From: an uncultured Bacteroidales bacterium
GTDB lineage: Bacteria > Bacteroidota > Bacteroidia > Bacteroidales > FEN-979
Direction of reading: 5' to 3'
DNA: 64,000 bases
NCBI GenBank assembly: GCA_903925275.1
Contig: CAIYES010000317.1
Span: 89-64,088 of the forward strand
The translations under genes and the position numbers were made by a program. Below are positions 8,362 to 19,900 of the stretch, piece by piece (the first letter of the stretch is position 1; the number at the start of each line of letters is the position of its first letter). The notes beneath the pieces are model-generated. The model was not told the DNA's origin and ran no database searches. It saw only the letters and a program-made list of their open reading frames with translations.

Positions 8362-10907
8362 TTTACCAGTACTTTCCGCACTACAGTATGTTCGCTGTTG
8401 AGGAATACCACGGAATAGATGCCACTGGACACAGGACGGATGTCGATCTGCTGTTCGACGGTGCCATTTACCGGGATATCGTCACGTTCGAAAATTTTTG
8501 CCCCAAGCTGGTTGAATACCTGGATGGTGAAAGATTCCTGCGAAAAAGTGGTCATCACAATCTTGAACTTTCCGTCGTTTGGAACAGGGTACACGCTGAA
8601 ATTGTTATTTTGCAAATCATCCTGGCCTGTAAACAGAACATAAACATGGTTCGATTCGAGGGTCGGGCATCCGACACCCAAAACAACAGTCCAGTACCAT
8701 CCCGTTATCGTTGCCGTGTAAGTTTGTCCGGTTGCACCCGGGATTAAACCGGTTCCTTCATAATACCATTGATTGCCGGTTGGCGTGCTGCTTGTCAGCA
8801 ATGGCCCCACTGCAGTTACTACCGGAGCAGCCTGGGAAGCGATCATGGTTACATTGAAATCGGGCGATACAGCGCCACTTCCGCACCCGGAGATTCCTTT
8901 CACCGTTATCACGCCTGATCCCGGCGTATTGCTGAAGCTCACAACAATCTGGTTGGTCAGCGCTCCGGAGGTAATAATTGCCCCGGCAGGAACAGTCCAT
9001 TCGTAAGTGACTGCATTGGCAATCGGGGGTACACTGTAAATTACGCCATTGGTGCCTGCACAAATCGTGTCGCTTCCTGATATAACGCCGGCTGGTCCGG
9101 GGAACAGGTCTACCGATACATTTTTCGAACCAGGTGTGCTGGCCGTACACCCATTTCCATCGGTATAGGTAACACTCAACCATTGTGCACCAGCCGTATT
9201 CCAGGTAACTAAAATATTGTCGGTCCCCGATCCTGAAGTAATCGAGCCACCCGGCGAAATTGTCCAAAGATAATTTGTCATGCCTGGTTCCGTCGAATAT
9301 GACACCCCGGTTGTACCTTGACAAACTACGGCAAGTCCGGTGATTGTCGGCACCGGCAATGCATGAACTGTGACGCTCGTCGATGTTGGGTTCTGAGCGG
9401 TGCAACCGGCCTGATTCATATAATTAATGCTGACGCCCTGGGGGCCTGCAGTATTCCAGGTTACGGTAATGCTGTTATTCGATGATCCGCCACCGCCTGT
9501 AACGGTTCCACCAAATGATAGAGCCCATAAATACCCGGTCATCCCTGCTTCGGTAACATAAACATTTCCCGATGAACCAATGCAGGCAGATAGCGGACCT
9601 GTAAGGGTCGGAACGGGTAGTTCATTTACGGTAACAGCTTTGGATGTGGGTGTTGCAGCGGAACATCCTGTGGAAGGTATGGAATAGTTAACTGTCACCG
9701 ATTTTGATCCGGAAGTACTCCAGTTAACCTGGATTGCGTTCGATCCGGCCCCCGAAATGATTGATCCACCGGCCGAAACGGTCCATGAATAAGATGACAT
9801 TGCAGGTTCGGTAGTGTAGGGGTAATTGGCTGGGCCTAAACAGATGCTGGTATTCCCTGTAATGGTAGGGACCGGAAGCGGATTTACAATAACAGTTTTA
9901 ACCGTTGGAGTTGCAGCCAGGCATCCGAATGAATTTGCATAATTCAGGGTGACGCTCTGCGTGCCGGCCGTATTCCAGTTAACGGTAATGGTTGCTGTTC
10001 CTGTACCTCCTGTGATATTGCCGCCTGACGAAACGACCCATGCATAATTTGTCATTCCTGTAGCAGTGGTGTATGTAATTCCCGTTGATCCGGCGCAAAC
10101 GGTCCCCAATCCGGTTATTACAGGCACTGGCAAAGGGTTGATCGTAACCTCAAGACTGGAGGGAGTTCCCGTACCGCAACCATTAGATCCGGCAACTGTA
10201 ACATTTCCGGAAATGGCCGAATTAGAATAATTCACAACAATTGAACTGGTATTGCTGCCCGAAATGATCGAACCGCCTGATGGTAAGTTCCAGATATAGT
10301 CCGTGGCATTTGCAATGGCCGGAACACTATAAGCAACATTGCTGGTTCCTGCACAAAGCAGGGTTGATCCTGTTATTGTTCCTGCAGGGGCAGCGTTACT
10401 GTTCGTAACCGTCGCACTGAAATAAAAAGTAGCTGTCGGGATGTCGTTCATAGCCGCACCATTCTCATCGGCATATTCACACTCGCCACCACTATTTGCA
10501 GTGTTGTTGAAGCTTACAGCAGGTGATCCGGTTGTTAGGGTGAAATTTAAATCCAACAATTTTGCTGCATCAGGCAAAGTCCGTGAATTAACATCCGACC
10601 ACACAATCAGAATTTTGGAAAGATTAGAGCTGATGTTAACAGAGTTGACCGAAGCGCCTGAAAGTGACGAATTTAACCCGGAATAGCTGACATATACCAA
10701 CTGGGTCGGATCATAGTCAAGCCGAAGCGTGATAGCCTTTATGGTGATAAAACCTGTAACAGTAATCGGAACAACAACTGCCGCACCTTCGCAAACTGTT
10801 GAAGAACCGGCAGTTGTGATCGGCGCATCGCGGGCAGTCAGAAATTCCGGGTGCAGAAAGTTCAAAAAACCGACAATCACAAATAGTATCAATACCTTTT
10901 GTCTCAT
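8358..10907 (-). CDS. T9SS-secreted surface protein: cohesin-like N-domain, six or seven PKD/Ig-like ~80-aa modules, type A T9SS C-terminal sorting domain
   Basis: Has a signal peptide. The N-domain reads AAVVVPITVTGFITIKAITLRLDYDPTQLVYVS (cohesin-like). Repeated modules follow the pattern LPVP.ITG...C.G....Y.T..GMT.Y.W.....G.I..G.G...I.V.W...G...V.V.Y....GC. The tail FSVYPVPNDGKF...VFNQLGAKIF...SGIYSVVFLNSEHTVVRKVLVK matches the Por secretion tail pattern. Confidence 0.85.
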   Translation of the reverse strand: MRQKVLILFVIVGFLNFLHPEFLTARDAPITTAGSSTVCEGAAVVVPITVTGFITIKAITLRLDYDPTQLVYVSYSGLNSSLSGASVNSVNISSNLSKILIVWSDVNSRTLPDAAKLLDLNFTLTTGSPAVSFNNTANSGGECEYADENGAAMNDIPTATFYFSATVTNSNAAPAGTITGSTLLCAGTSNVAYSVPAIANATDYIWNLPSGGSIISGSNTSSIVVNYSNSAISGNVTVAGSNGCGTGTPSSLEVTINPLPVPVITGLGTVCAGSTGITYTTATGMTNYAWVVSSGGNITGGTGTATITVNWNTAGTQSVTLNYANSFGCLAATPTVKTVIVNPLPVPTITGNTSICLGPANYPYTTEPAMSSYSWTVSAGGSIISGAGSNAIQVNWSTSGSKSVTVNYSIPSTGCSAATPTSKAVTVNELPVPTLTGPLSACIGSSGNVYVTEAGMTGYLWALSFGGTVTGGGGSSNNSITVTWNTAGPQGVSINYMNQAGCTAQNPTSTSVTVHALPVPTITGLAVVCQGTTGVSYSTEPGMTNYLWTISPGGSITSGSGTDNILVTWNTAGAQWLSVTYTDGNGCTASTPGSKNVSVDLFPGPAGVISGSDTICAGTNGVIYSVPPIANAVTYEWTVPAGAIITSGALTNQIVVSFSNTPGSGVITVKGISGCGSGAVSPDFNVTMIASQAAPVVTAVGPLLTSSTPTGNQWYYEGTGLIPGATGQTYTATITGWYWTVVLGVGCPTLESNHVYVLFTGQDDLQNNNFSVYPVPNDGKFKIVMTTFSQESFTIQVFNQLGAKIFERDDIPVNGTVEQQIDIRPVSSGIYSVVFLNSEHTVVRKVLVK

Positions 10908-11005
10908 TATTCGTTGAATTATTTAAACAGTCAATACATTCAAATTTAATCCGGCAAAGGTATTGTAAAGGTACAAAAAAATCGTATTTATTCAAAAGTG
11001 AAGTG

Positions 11006-11038
11006 AAAAAAAAGCCCCGCCGTTTCGGGCAGGGCTTT
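11006..11038 (-). terminator. intrinsic terminator downstream of the 1251-aa cargo gene
   Basis: The minus strand reads AGCCCUGCC-cgaaac-GGCGGGGCU (one G.U pair) followed by a U8 run. It lies 21 nt after the stop at 11059. Confidence 0.8.
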
Positions 11039-12860
11039 TCGATCCTGAATTCCGGACCCTATTTGTTCACAATGATCTTCTTGACAATCTTCTTATCGAC
11101 TGACTGGAAGACGACCGAATAGATGCCATTTGGTGCAGGTCTGAGATCAATATTCTTCTCAAATAATCCTTTTACCTGGTTGTTGTTCGATTCGTAAACC
11201 TTTTCACCAAGTTGGTTGTAAACCAGGATCGTGAAGGTTTCTTCTCCCGGATAATTTAAGGTAGCCTTGAAGAAGCCATTGTTTGGTATGGGCGAAATAA
11301 CAATGGTTGAGGCCTGAGGATCTGCAATGCCTGTAACCGTAACATATACATTGTTGGAGGTATCAGAACTGCATCCGTTCACCGTCACTACGTCCCAGTA
11401 CAATCCGGAAAATTGTGCCAGATGTGTTTGTGCCGTGCTGTTGGTAATCTGAGCTCCGTTATAGTACCACTGGTTTCCATCGGAATAACTGCTCGAAAGT
11501 GTATTTCCGGTAAGGGTGATAACAGGTGCCGATGGTTGTTTGACGATTGTTACATTGAAGCCAGCGGATGCTGCGCCATTACCGCAGAAGTTGGTACCAA
11601 ATACGCTGATAGCGCCGGAAGCAGCGCCCATGGCAAAGTCAACGGTAATGTCCGCGGTATGAATACCTGAAGCAATGGTTGCTCCGGTGGGTAGTGTCCA
11701 TGTATATTCGGTAGCTCCCGTAACAGGTGGAACCGAATAAGCAACTCCGGTTGTTCCCTCACAAACGGAAGCCGCACCTGTAATCGCTGAAGCGGCACCC
11801 GGCAAGCTGACGATGGTCACCGGAAAAGCAGGGGAGATCGTCCCGTTTCCGCAAATGCTGTTACCATAAACAGTGATGTTCCCAGGAGTAGCCGTGGGAG
11901 CAAAATTTACAGTGATGGCATTGGTCAATTGTCCGCTAACAATGGAAGCTCCGGCAGGAACCGACCATACATAGGTTGAAGCATTGGTGATAGTAGGAAC
12001 AGAATAGGCGACACCGTTTGACCCCATACAAACATTGGATGATCCGGTGATAGTACCTGCAGCAACAGGAAGTCCGGCAACAGTGACATTAAATGTAGCA
12101 GGGGCTGAAGCGAAACACCCGTTGCCATTGGCATAATTGACAGTTACAAACTGGGCGCCCGGAGTATTCCAGATAACCTCAATCTGTGCGGTTCCCTGTC
12201 CGCCATTGATCACGCCACCTGAAGAAACTGTCCAGAGATAGTTGCTTTGACCACCAAGGGTGGTGTAATTGTAGTATCCGGAGTTCACACACATACTGTT
12301 TACGCCTGTGATAGAGGGTGAGGGCGCTGCATTTACAGTAACAGGAAATGTTCCCGGTGCTGCGGCAGTACAACCGGTGGCGGGATTGGTATAACTAACT
12401 CCGACGGTTTTTGCGCCGGGTGTGGCCCAACTGATACTCACAATATACGGATTTCCGGTCGGGGTGACAACTCCATCGGGAGCAGCAGTCCAAACGTATG
12501 ATGTCTGGCCGGCCTGGGTTGTATAGTTATTGCTGGCATACTGGCACACAGAAGGTGTTCCTGTTACAGCCGGAACCGGAAGGTTGTTAACAGTCACGGC
12601 CATGGAAGTAGTCGGTCCGATCGCTCCGCAATCACTCTGGGCTTTGGCCGTAATTGTTCCGGAAACTGCTGCATTGGAAACGCTTACGGTAACAGAATTC
12701 GAATTGGGGAAGGAGGTGATGGTGAATCCGGCAGGGAAAGTCCAGGTATAAACAAAAGCATATGGCACAGGAGCAACTGAAAAAACGTATCCTGAGTTGT
12801 TTTTGCAAACGTTGGCTGGGCCTGATATTACGCCGAGAACAGGCGGAACAACGCATGTTG
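11006..12860 (-). repeat. copy 1 of a ~1.85-kb duplicated segment (3' 600 codons + terminator), paralogous to 15084..16935
   Basis: The C-terminal 600 aa, from ...TTCVVPP... onward, align colinearly with those of the 1622-aa protein. By eye roughly 85% of residues are identical, and nucleotide similarity continues through the stop into the terminator hairpin. Confidence 0.8.
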
Positions 12861-14814
12861 TATAAAAGGTCTTCTGAACGCCATAGGTAGTACCTGCGCT
12901 ATTGACACCCTTTGCCCTGTAATAATAGGTGGTGTTGATGATCAGGCTTGAAAGCGTGGCACTGAAGTCAGTAACAATATTCCCCGAAACAGTAGCTGGA
13001 ACGGCGGCAACAGTGCTTCCGTAAGTAGGAAGTGTACCATATTCAAAGGTTACAGTTGTGTTGGCGTTAAAGGCATTGGCTGATCCGTTCATGGTGGCAA
13101 ACGAAGATCCAACCAGAGTGGGGTCTTTGGTTGTAACAGCAGGTGCAACAGCGACAGTTGTAAATGACCGGATCAATCCATTTGTCGTTCCGATTGCATT
13201 TGTTCCGAGCGCCCTGAAATTATAGGTGGTATTGGGTTGCAATCCAGCAATGATGGTGCTGACAGATGAGCTTTGACCGGTAACAGGGGTCGGCACGGTA
13301 ACGGTATTGTCAAATGGCGGAGTAGCCATGGTGCCATATTCGAAGGTCACTGTGGTGGATGAGAAATTGGCGCTTACAGTCGCGTTCAGTGTTGCACCGG
13401 AAGAAGAGATGAGTGTGGCCGGGTCGGTCGTAACTGCAGGTGCATCTGCAATGTTTACCATATAATCTTCAGTTTCACCCCATCCATAAGTACCGCAGGG
13501 AGTTATGGAGCCGGGAGTGCTTGTTTCAACATTCACGACCCGCATCATGGTACTCCCAACTGTTGCAGTTGCGGGAGGTATAAAACTACCGGTTTCGAAA
13601 TGTGGTCCACTGGTGGAAACGGCCGAAACATAAACTTCTTCACCTGCATCGGCAAAATTACCATTTTGATTATAGTCTATGAAAATTTTAACTGCATTGC
13701 TATAATTCGATCCACAGGTTCCGATCTGCACGCTGAAAGACTGCGATACTGACTTCCTGAGGCTGGCAGGGGGTACACTGAAATAATAATTGCTGTACAT
13801 GTTCTGAACAGAACCAGGCCCCGGCGCTATGGAACTACATGTGGAAGAATTGTTAATGGCTCCTACCGTTACATTTAATATATCCTCATCACCTGTGTAA
13901 GTTGCTGTGGAAGTACAAAAGCAACTGGTAAAAGGATTCATGGTTACCTGTAGCGGATTGGATGTGCCTGTGTTGCCTGAACATGTTACCTGGCAACGGT
14001 AATAGGTAGCTGTAGTTTGTGAAGTCGTAAATGACGATGACGAGGTGCCTACGTTTGTCCAAACCGTACCATTGGGTGACGACTGCCACTGATAGGTTAC
14101 ACCTGAGCCCGGAGTAGAATTTTGTAGTGATAAGGTAAAGCTAACTCCTGAACATACCGGATTGGGAGTAGAAACTGTATTGCCGGGTGCCGGAGTGCCG
14201 GAGCAGGCAGCGCCGCCAATATAATTAAATTTGATATTGGGTCTGTAGGTGGTACTGGTGAGCGTAGTAGTTGGACAATTGTCTGTTCCATCCGTCCTCA
14301 CATAAGTTATCGTACCGCTGGTAGCGACAGTATACCGCAATCCTCCGTAAGGAGATGTATAAGGATTTGAGCCGGTACAGGTATTTACGACAATGTTGGA
14401 TGTTCCGTCCCAGGTGAAATTTGTGGTTAATGGAATCATGTCAAAGCTTCCGGCAACCTGTACAACCGGGGTATAGGTGAAAGCGGGCTTAACGGTTGTG
14501 AGTGTTGCAATATAAGGCTGGCCAATGGTTTGCGCGGTAAGTCCCATTTTAATTGTAAAGCCAGCCAAAGAAACTGCCGACTCAGAGATGGAAAATCCAA
14601 TAGCAGAAATAGCAGAGCCTGAAGGCAGCCCAGCCGCTGACAATTCAGCAGCCGTGTAAATAATCTGGCAATGTGTGTAATTGTAGAATCTGTCAACCGG
14701 GTCAATGGTGGTACCATCCGTTACAGTGGTTCCGTTTCCAATAATGATAGATTGCCCCCAGGAGCTTCCCGCCCAAAGCAGAAGTGCAAATAACAAGGTA
14801 AAGATTTTTCTCAT
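11059..14814 (-). CDS. T9SS-secreted giant surface protein with GEVED motif, Fn3-like FEYG modules, PKD/Ig-like modules and type A T9SS C-terminal domain
   Basis: Has a signal peptide. GWGETEDYMVNI is a GEVED-type motif. There are two '..TFEYGT...Y....' modules, then PKD-like modules as in the neighbouring genes. The tail is ISPIPNNGFFKA...VYNQLGEKVY...NGIYSVVFQSVDKKIVKKIIVNK. Confidence 0.85.
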   Translation of the reverse strand: MRKIFTLLFALLLWAGSSWGQSIIIGNGTTVTDGTTIDPVDRFYNYTHCQIIYTAAELSAAGLPSGSAISAIGFSISESAVSLAGFTIKMGLTAQTIGQPYIATLTTVKPAFTYTPVVQVAGSFDMIPLTTNFTWDGTSNIVVNTCTGSNPYTSPYGGLRYTVATSGTITYVRTDGTDNCPTTTLTSTTYRPNIKFNYIGGAACSGTPAPGNTVSTPNPVCSGVSFTLSLQNSTPGSGVTYQWQSSPNGTVWTNVGTSSSSFTTSQTTATYYRCQVTCSGNTGTSNPLQVTMNPFTSCFCTSTATYTGDEDILNVTVGAINNSSTCSSIAPGPGSVQNMYSNYYFSVPPASLRKSVSQSFSVQIGTCGSNYSNAVKIFIDYNQNGNFADAGEEVYVSAVSTSGPHFETGSFIPPATATVGSTMMRVVNVETSTPGSITPCGTYGWGETEDYMVNIADAPAVTTDPATLISSSGATLNATVSANFSSTTVTFEYGTMATPPFDNTVTVPTPVTGQSSSVSTIIAGLQPNTTYNFRALGTNAIGTTNGLIRSFTTVAVAPAVTTKDPTLVGSSFATMNGSANAFNANTTVTFEYGTLPTYGSTVAAVPATVSGNIVTDFSATLSSLIINTTYYYRAKGVNSAGTTYGVQKTFYTTCVVPPVLGVISGPANVCKNNSGYVFSVAPVPYAFVYTWTFPAGFTITSFPNSNSVTVSVSNAAVSGTITAKAQSDCGAIGPTTSMAVTVNNLPVPAVTGTPSVCQYASNNYTTQAGQTSYVWTAAPDGVVTPTGNPYIVSISWATPGAKTVGVSYTNPATGCTAAAPGTFPVTVNAAPSPSITGVNSMCVNSGYYNYTTLGGQSNYLWTVSSGGVINGGQGTAQIEVIWNTPGAQFVTVNYANGNGCFASAPATFNVTVAGLPVAAGTITGSSNVCMGSNGVAYSVPTITNASTYVWSVPAGASIVSGQLTNAITVNFAPTATPGNITVYGNSICGNGTISPAFPVTIVSLPGAASAITGAASVCEGTTGVAYSVPPVTGATEYTWTLPTGATIASGIHTADITVDFAMGAASGAISVFGTNFCGNGAASAGFNVTIVKQPSAPVITLTGNTLSSSYSDGNQWYYNGAQITNSTAQTHLAQFSGLYWDVVTVNGCSSDTSNNVYVTVTGIADPQASTIVISPIPNNGFFKATLNYPGEETFTILVYNQLGEKVYESNNNQVKGLFEKNIDLRPAPNGIYSVVFQSVDKKIVKKIIVNK

Positions 14815-15083
14815 GGTGATGTTGTTTTGTTGGTTGCTAAATAGTGAATGGTTTTATATATATTGTGGTTGTTATTTAAAAAGGCGAATCAGGGTCTGGC
14901 ATTTAAACGGGATGATGTTATCATGAGGAAAAAAAAATGTATTGCTAAAGGCGGAATAACTGACAAAGATATAATAAAACAACTTGTTTGCTCCGATGTC
15001 ATGTAAAAATCTTTTGGTGAATTATATGCTGCCTGAACTTTTATAGTCAGCCATTTTGGTTAAAATCCCTGATGCCGGATTGC

Positions 15084-15113
15084 AAAAAGCCCCGCCGTTT
15101 CCGGCAGGGCTTT
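15084..15113 (-). terminator. intrinsic terminator downstream of the 1622-aa cargo gene
   Basis: aaaaagccccgccgtttccggcagggcttt has the same stem as at 11013..11037, with T/A runs on both sides. Confidence 0.75.
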
Positions 15114-16935
15114 AAAAAAGTGATCCTGTATTGGTTATTTATTTACAACGATCTTCTTAACAATCTTCTTGTCAACAGATTGGAAGACAACCGAATAAAT
15201 ACCATTTGGTGTAGGTCTGAGATCGATATTCTTCTCGAATAATCCTTTAACCAGATTGTCTTTCGATTCGTAAATTTTTTCACCAAGTTGATTGTAAACC
15301 AGGATAGTGAAGATTTCTTCTCCCGGATAATCAAAGCTGGCTTTAAAGAGGCCGTTATTTGGTACGGGAGAAATTACAATGTTCGATGCCTGAGGATCAG
15401 CTATGCCTGTAGCAGCAACATATATACTATTGGAAACATCGGAACTGCAACCGTTTACAGTAACTATATCCGTGTACAATCCGGAATACTGTGCAAACTG
15501 TGTTTGTGCCGTGCCGTTGGTGATCGCTGCTCCATTATAGTACCATTGGTTCCCATCGGTATAATTGCTCGACAGGATATTTCCAACAACAGTGATAACC
15601 GGAGCAGCAGGTTTTGGAACAACTGTTACATTGAAATTGGCAGATGCTGCGCCATTTCCACATAAGTTGGTTCCATAAACACTGATTGCGCCTGAAGAAG
15701 AACCCATGGCAAAGTCAACAGTGATATCTGCGGTATTCAGACCAGAAGCAATGGTTGCTCCGGAAGGCAGTGTCCAGTTATATCCGGTTGCTCCGGTAAC
15801 AGGAGGAACTGAATAGGCAACTCCGGTTGTTCCCTCGCACAGCGAAGCTGTACCTGTAATAGTTGATGCAGCACCAGGAATCTGGGTGATAACAATGGGG
15901 AAAGCAGGGGAGATTGTCCCGTTTCCGCAAATGCTGTTACCATAAACAGTGATGTTCCCTGGAGAAGCATTGGTAGCAAAATTAACAGTGATGGCATTGG
16001 TCAACTGTCCGGAAACAATGGAGGCTCCGGCAGGAACCGACCATACATAGGTTTGTGCATTGGTGATAGCCGCAGCAGAATAAGCTACTCCGCTTGAGCC
16101 GGCACAAACTTCGGATGAACCTGAAATGGGACCAGCCGCCTGAGGAAGTCCGGCAACAGTGACATTGAATGTTACAGGATTCTGAGCGAAACATCCATTG
16201 CCATTGGCATAATTGACAGTTACAAACTGGGCACCCGGAGTATTCCAGACAACCTCGATTTGTGCTGTGCCCTGTCCGCTATTGATAACGCCGCCTGAAG
16301 AAATTGTCCAGATATAACTGCTTTGACCACCCAGGGTAGTATAATTATAGTATCCTGAGTTCACACACATACTGTTAATACCGTTGATGGTAGGTGTCGG
16401 CGCTGCATTTACAGTAACAGCTACTGTTCCAGGTGTTGTTGCAGTACAACCGGTGGCGGGGTTGGTATAAATAACCCCGACGGTTTTTGCACCAGGTGTT
16501 GCCCAGGTAATGCTCACTACATTGGGATTTGCTGTCGTTGAAACGACTCCATCGGGAGTTGCAGTCCAAACGTACGATGTCATGCCGGGTTGTGTTGTAT
16601 AATTATAGCTGGCATACTGGCATACAGAAGCGGTTCCTGTTACGGTAGGCAAAGGCAGAGCGTTAACAGTCACAGCAACGGAAGCAGGAGCACCTATAGC
16701 ACCGCAGTCACTCTGGGCTCTTACGGTAACTGTTCCGGAAACCGCTGCATTGGTAACATCCACGGTAACAGAATTTGAATTGGGATAGGAGGTGATGTTG
16801 AATCCGGCAGGGAAGGTCCAGTTATAGACAAAAGCGTATGGAACAGGGGCAACCGAATAAACATATCCTGTGTTGGTTTTGCAAACGGCTAAGGGGCCTG
16901 ATATTGCTCCGGGAGCAGCAGGAACAACACATGTT
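15084..16935 (-). repeat. copy 2 of the ~1.85-kb duplicated segment (see 11006..12860)
   Basis: Colinear near-identical protein and DNA sequence from ...TTCVVPAAPG... to the stop, plus the terminator. Confidence 0.8.
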
Positions 16936-19900
16936 GTAAAGAAAGTCATGTCATTGCCATAAAAAGTGCCTACTGCATTAACGGCTTTGGCTCTGAAATG
17001 ATAAGTGGTGTTGATTGTGAGACCCGACAGGGCTGCATTGAAGGTTTGAACTGTATTTCCCGTGAAAGGACCAGCAACAGTGGCGGTTGAACTATAAGGT
17101 GTTGCGCTCAGGCCATATTCGAATGATACAACGGTGCTGGCGTTAATTGGATTAACAGATCCGTTGAGAGTGGCGAAAATCGCACCAACTGGGGCTGCGG
17201 CAACCGTGGTAATGACCGGCGGAATAGCAGTACTGAAGGTCATGTCTGAACCGTAAATCACTAAACTTCCGCTTGTTCCTATGGCCCTGTAATGGTAGGT
17301 ATTATTCACTAACAGCCCTGAAATGTCAACACTGATTGGTGTACCGGTATTACCTGTAATTGTCCCGGGGGTTGTGCCGGCTGCCGGAGTTCCGTAGCCA
17401 GTTGTAAGCCCGTATTCGAAACCTGATAAAACGATAAGGTTACTTGCGTTGATCGATCCGGTGAGTGTTGCAGATGTGGTGGTAAGGTTGGTGGCGGCAG
17501 CCGTGATGACTGTCTGGTTGGGAGAAAACTGGTATGCGCCCACATCCGGAGGATTTGTACGGAAAGCACCTGTGATATCTGTGGTAACACCGGCAATGGT
17601 TAACCCTTTATTTCTCAGGGCAACATTGGTCGGATGAAGATCGACGCCAACAAAAGTCGGATTAATATTCTGGGAGTTCACATTACCGCCAAACCCTGTT
17701 TGAATGGCAGCCAGGTTAGCACGATCGACGCCGATATAACCCAGGTTTGGGCCGGCTGAATAATAGTCGTTGTAGTCGATGTTGCTGAACACCGTGTTTG
17801 CTGCAAGACTGTAAATAGCATAACGGTTTGTCCCGATCATCTGTGTTGTGCTGAAGATGTTGTCTCTTAAGTCGATGGCGCCCACTGCCGTCACCGAAGA
17901 ATAAATAAACAGCGCACTCGGCATTCCGGTAATGGATGATTGCTCGGTATTCATGTATACCGTATTGTGGTAAAGGTTGTAACCGAAACCGGAGTATATG
18001 ATAATGCCTAAACCATTCCATGCATAACTGGAATACCCGTAACCGGCAATATCCCAAACAGCATTATTTACAACACTACAGTTGGCGCTGACTGCTGCCG
18101 TGGAAGCAAGATACATTGCCGTGGCCATGTATCCGCCGGCATTGGTATTTTTGATGTTGCTGATCATGTTTTTTGAGATCGTAATCCCGGCAGTAGTGCT
18201 GAAAAAGTAAATGCCGATCGCATTGTAGGTAGTGGTGGTAGATATGTTGGTGATGGTATTCCCTGTTATGGTAAGGTTTGCACCTGTAACACCGGAGGAA
18301 ATGGCCATGGCTCTCGGGCCTCCCGCAGTTCCACTCATCGGACCAATGGTATTGCCGGAAATTGTACTGTTTATCGTTGCTGTTGCAAACCAGATACCTG
18401 ATATATTGGCAGCATCTAAAGTATTTGCAATATTCCCGATGTTGTTGTTTGATACGGTTGCCCCGTCAACACCCTGAACATATATGGCGCAAAGACGGAT
18501 GGAATTTGCTCCTGCCGTATTGATGTTGTTGCCGGTGATCAGCAATCCGCTTCCGTTTCCGGCAGTAGGTACAGCAATGCAATACAATCCGATGTAAGCT
18601 TTCTGTAAATCGATGTTCTGAATGGTTATATTGTTGAAATAGCCTGCTGCACCCGGTGCAGGACCATCTGATACCATCATGGCCGAAGATGTAGTTACAC
18701 CATTGATGATTATTGTATTTTTAAGTGTACAGTTGGTTATCGGCGTTGTTCCGATAGAACCTATTACAAATACCTGGGGAGTGGTTGCAGAGGTATTTGT
18801 GATGGTCAGGTTCCGGGTTGTTCCACCAACAGTGTTTGAACCATCGATGATCGTATTGCTGTTGTAAACTTTAAACAGCGCACTGGTCAGAGATCCTGAA
18901 ATCGTTGCTGTTACCCCCACATTTGGCTTGATCGTCAGGGTATTGGTTGCGCTCGATCCAAGGGTAACCGGAACAATGATTGGCCAGGTTTCGGTGGCTG
19001 AAGTGTAAGTCGCATTCAGCAACAGGGTAACAGGACAGGTCAAGATGCTGCTGCTCAGCGCCGTCATGGCTGCCGTAAGGTTAACATAGTCACAACCCGT
19101 TGCCCCCACTGTTTTTGTACCGCAAAGGGGAATGGCAGCACCCGTTGTCGTACTGTTTGTAAGGGGGCTTGTTGTCAGATAAGCCGTACCTGCACCTCCG
19201 GTGTTATAGGAAAAAACAAAGAAATAATATAGTGTAGATGGGGACAGTCCGGTTGCTGTAAATACAGTACTGTTGGCTGAAGATACAACAACGCCTCCGC
19301 CCAAAGCGGCACCGGCAACATAGGAAGTTCCGTTAACCGGATTTGAAGATAACGTCGAGCTGGTGCTTCTGACTACAAGATATCCGCCATTGGGAACAGG
19401 GGATGCAGCGGTAAAAGTACCTGCAACAGACGAAACAGCCGGTGTAAGTATGAGCGCAGTCGGCTGAGCTGTAGGAGGCAGTGTCGGGGTCAAAGGAGGT
19501 CCTGTTACATCATCAATAGTCAGATAAAACATATTTGTTGAAATTGCCTGAATGGCTACATAAACATTCTGTCCAACATATGCTGACAGGTTGTATGAAA
19601 ATTGCGCATAAGCCGCCGGTGCTGTAACGTTGGAGGCCAGGGTAACCGTGAAGTTGGCTGCTGCATTACCGGTTGTTGACAACAATACATTGAACTGCTC
19701 AGGATAAGAGGCACCCAGGTAACTTTGCGCATAAAAACTATAAGTAAAGTTACCCGCAGCCGGAGCAAGTTGCGGAGTTATCAGATAATCATTGTGAGCA
19801 GTGGAAGAGTACGTGATTGAGGCGCAGGCAACACCTGTTCTCATATTTGCGGTAGCTCTTACCCAGGTATTGGCATCACCCAGATTAATGACTGACCATC

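Noticed and set aside
8758-9405. 215-aa minus-strand ORF, and many other 60-130-aa ORFs on either strand, inside the giant T9SS genes (8.4-20 kb).
   Set aside because: They are nested in alternative frames of long ORFs with clear domain repeats and T9SS tails. The Thr/Gly/Ser/Asn-rich codon composition keeps off-frames open. Their products are low-complexity Arg/Cys/His-rich strings.
11006-16935. Diversity-generating retroelement or invertible-promoter (shufflon-like) system acting on the paralogous adhesin genes.
   Set aside because: There is no reverse transcriptase, no template/variable repeat pair with adenine-specific differences, no site-specific recombinase, and no inverted repeats flanking the promoters. 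The similarity is a direct duplication including terminators.
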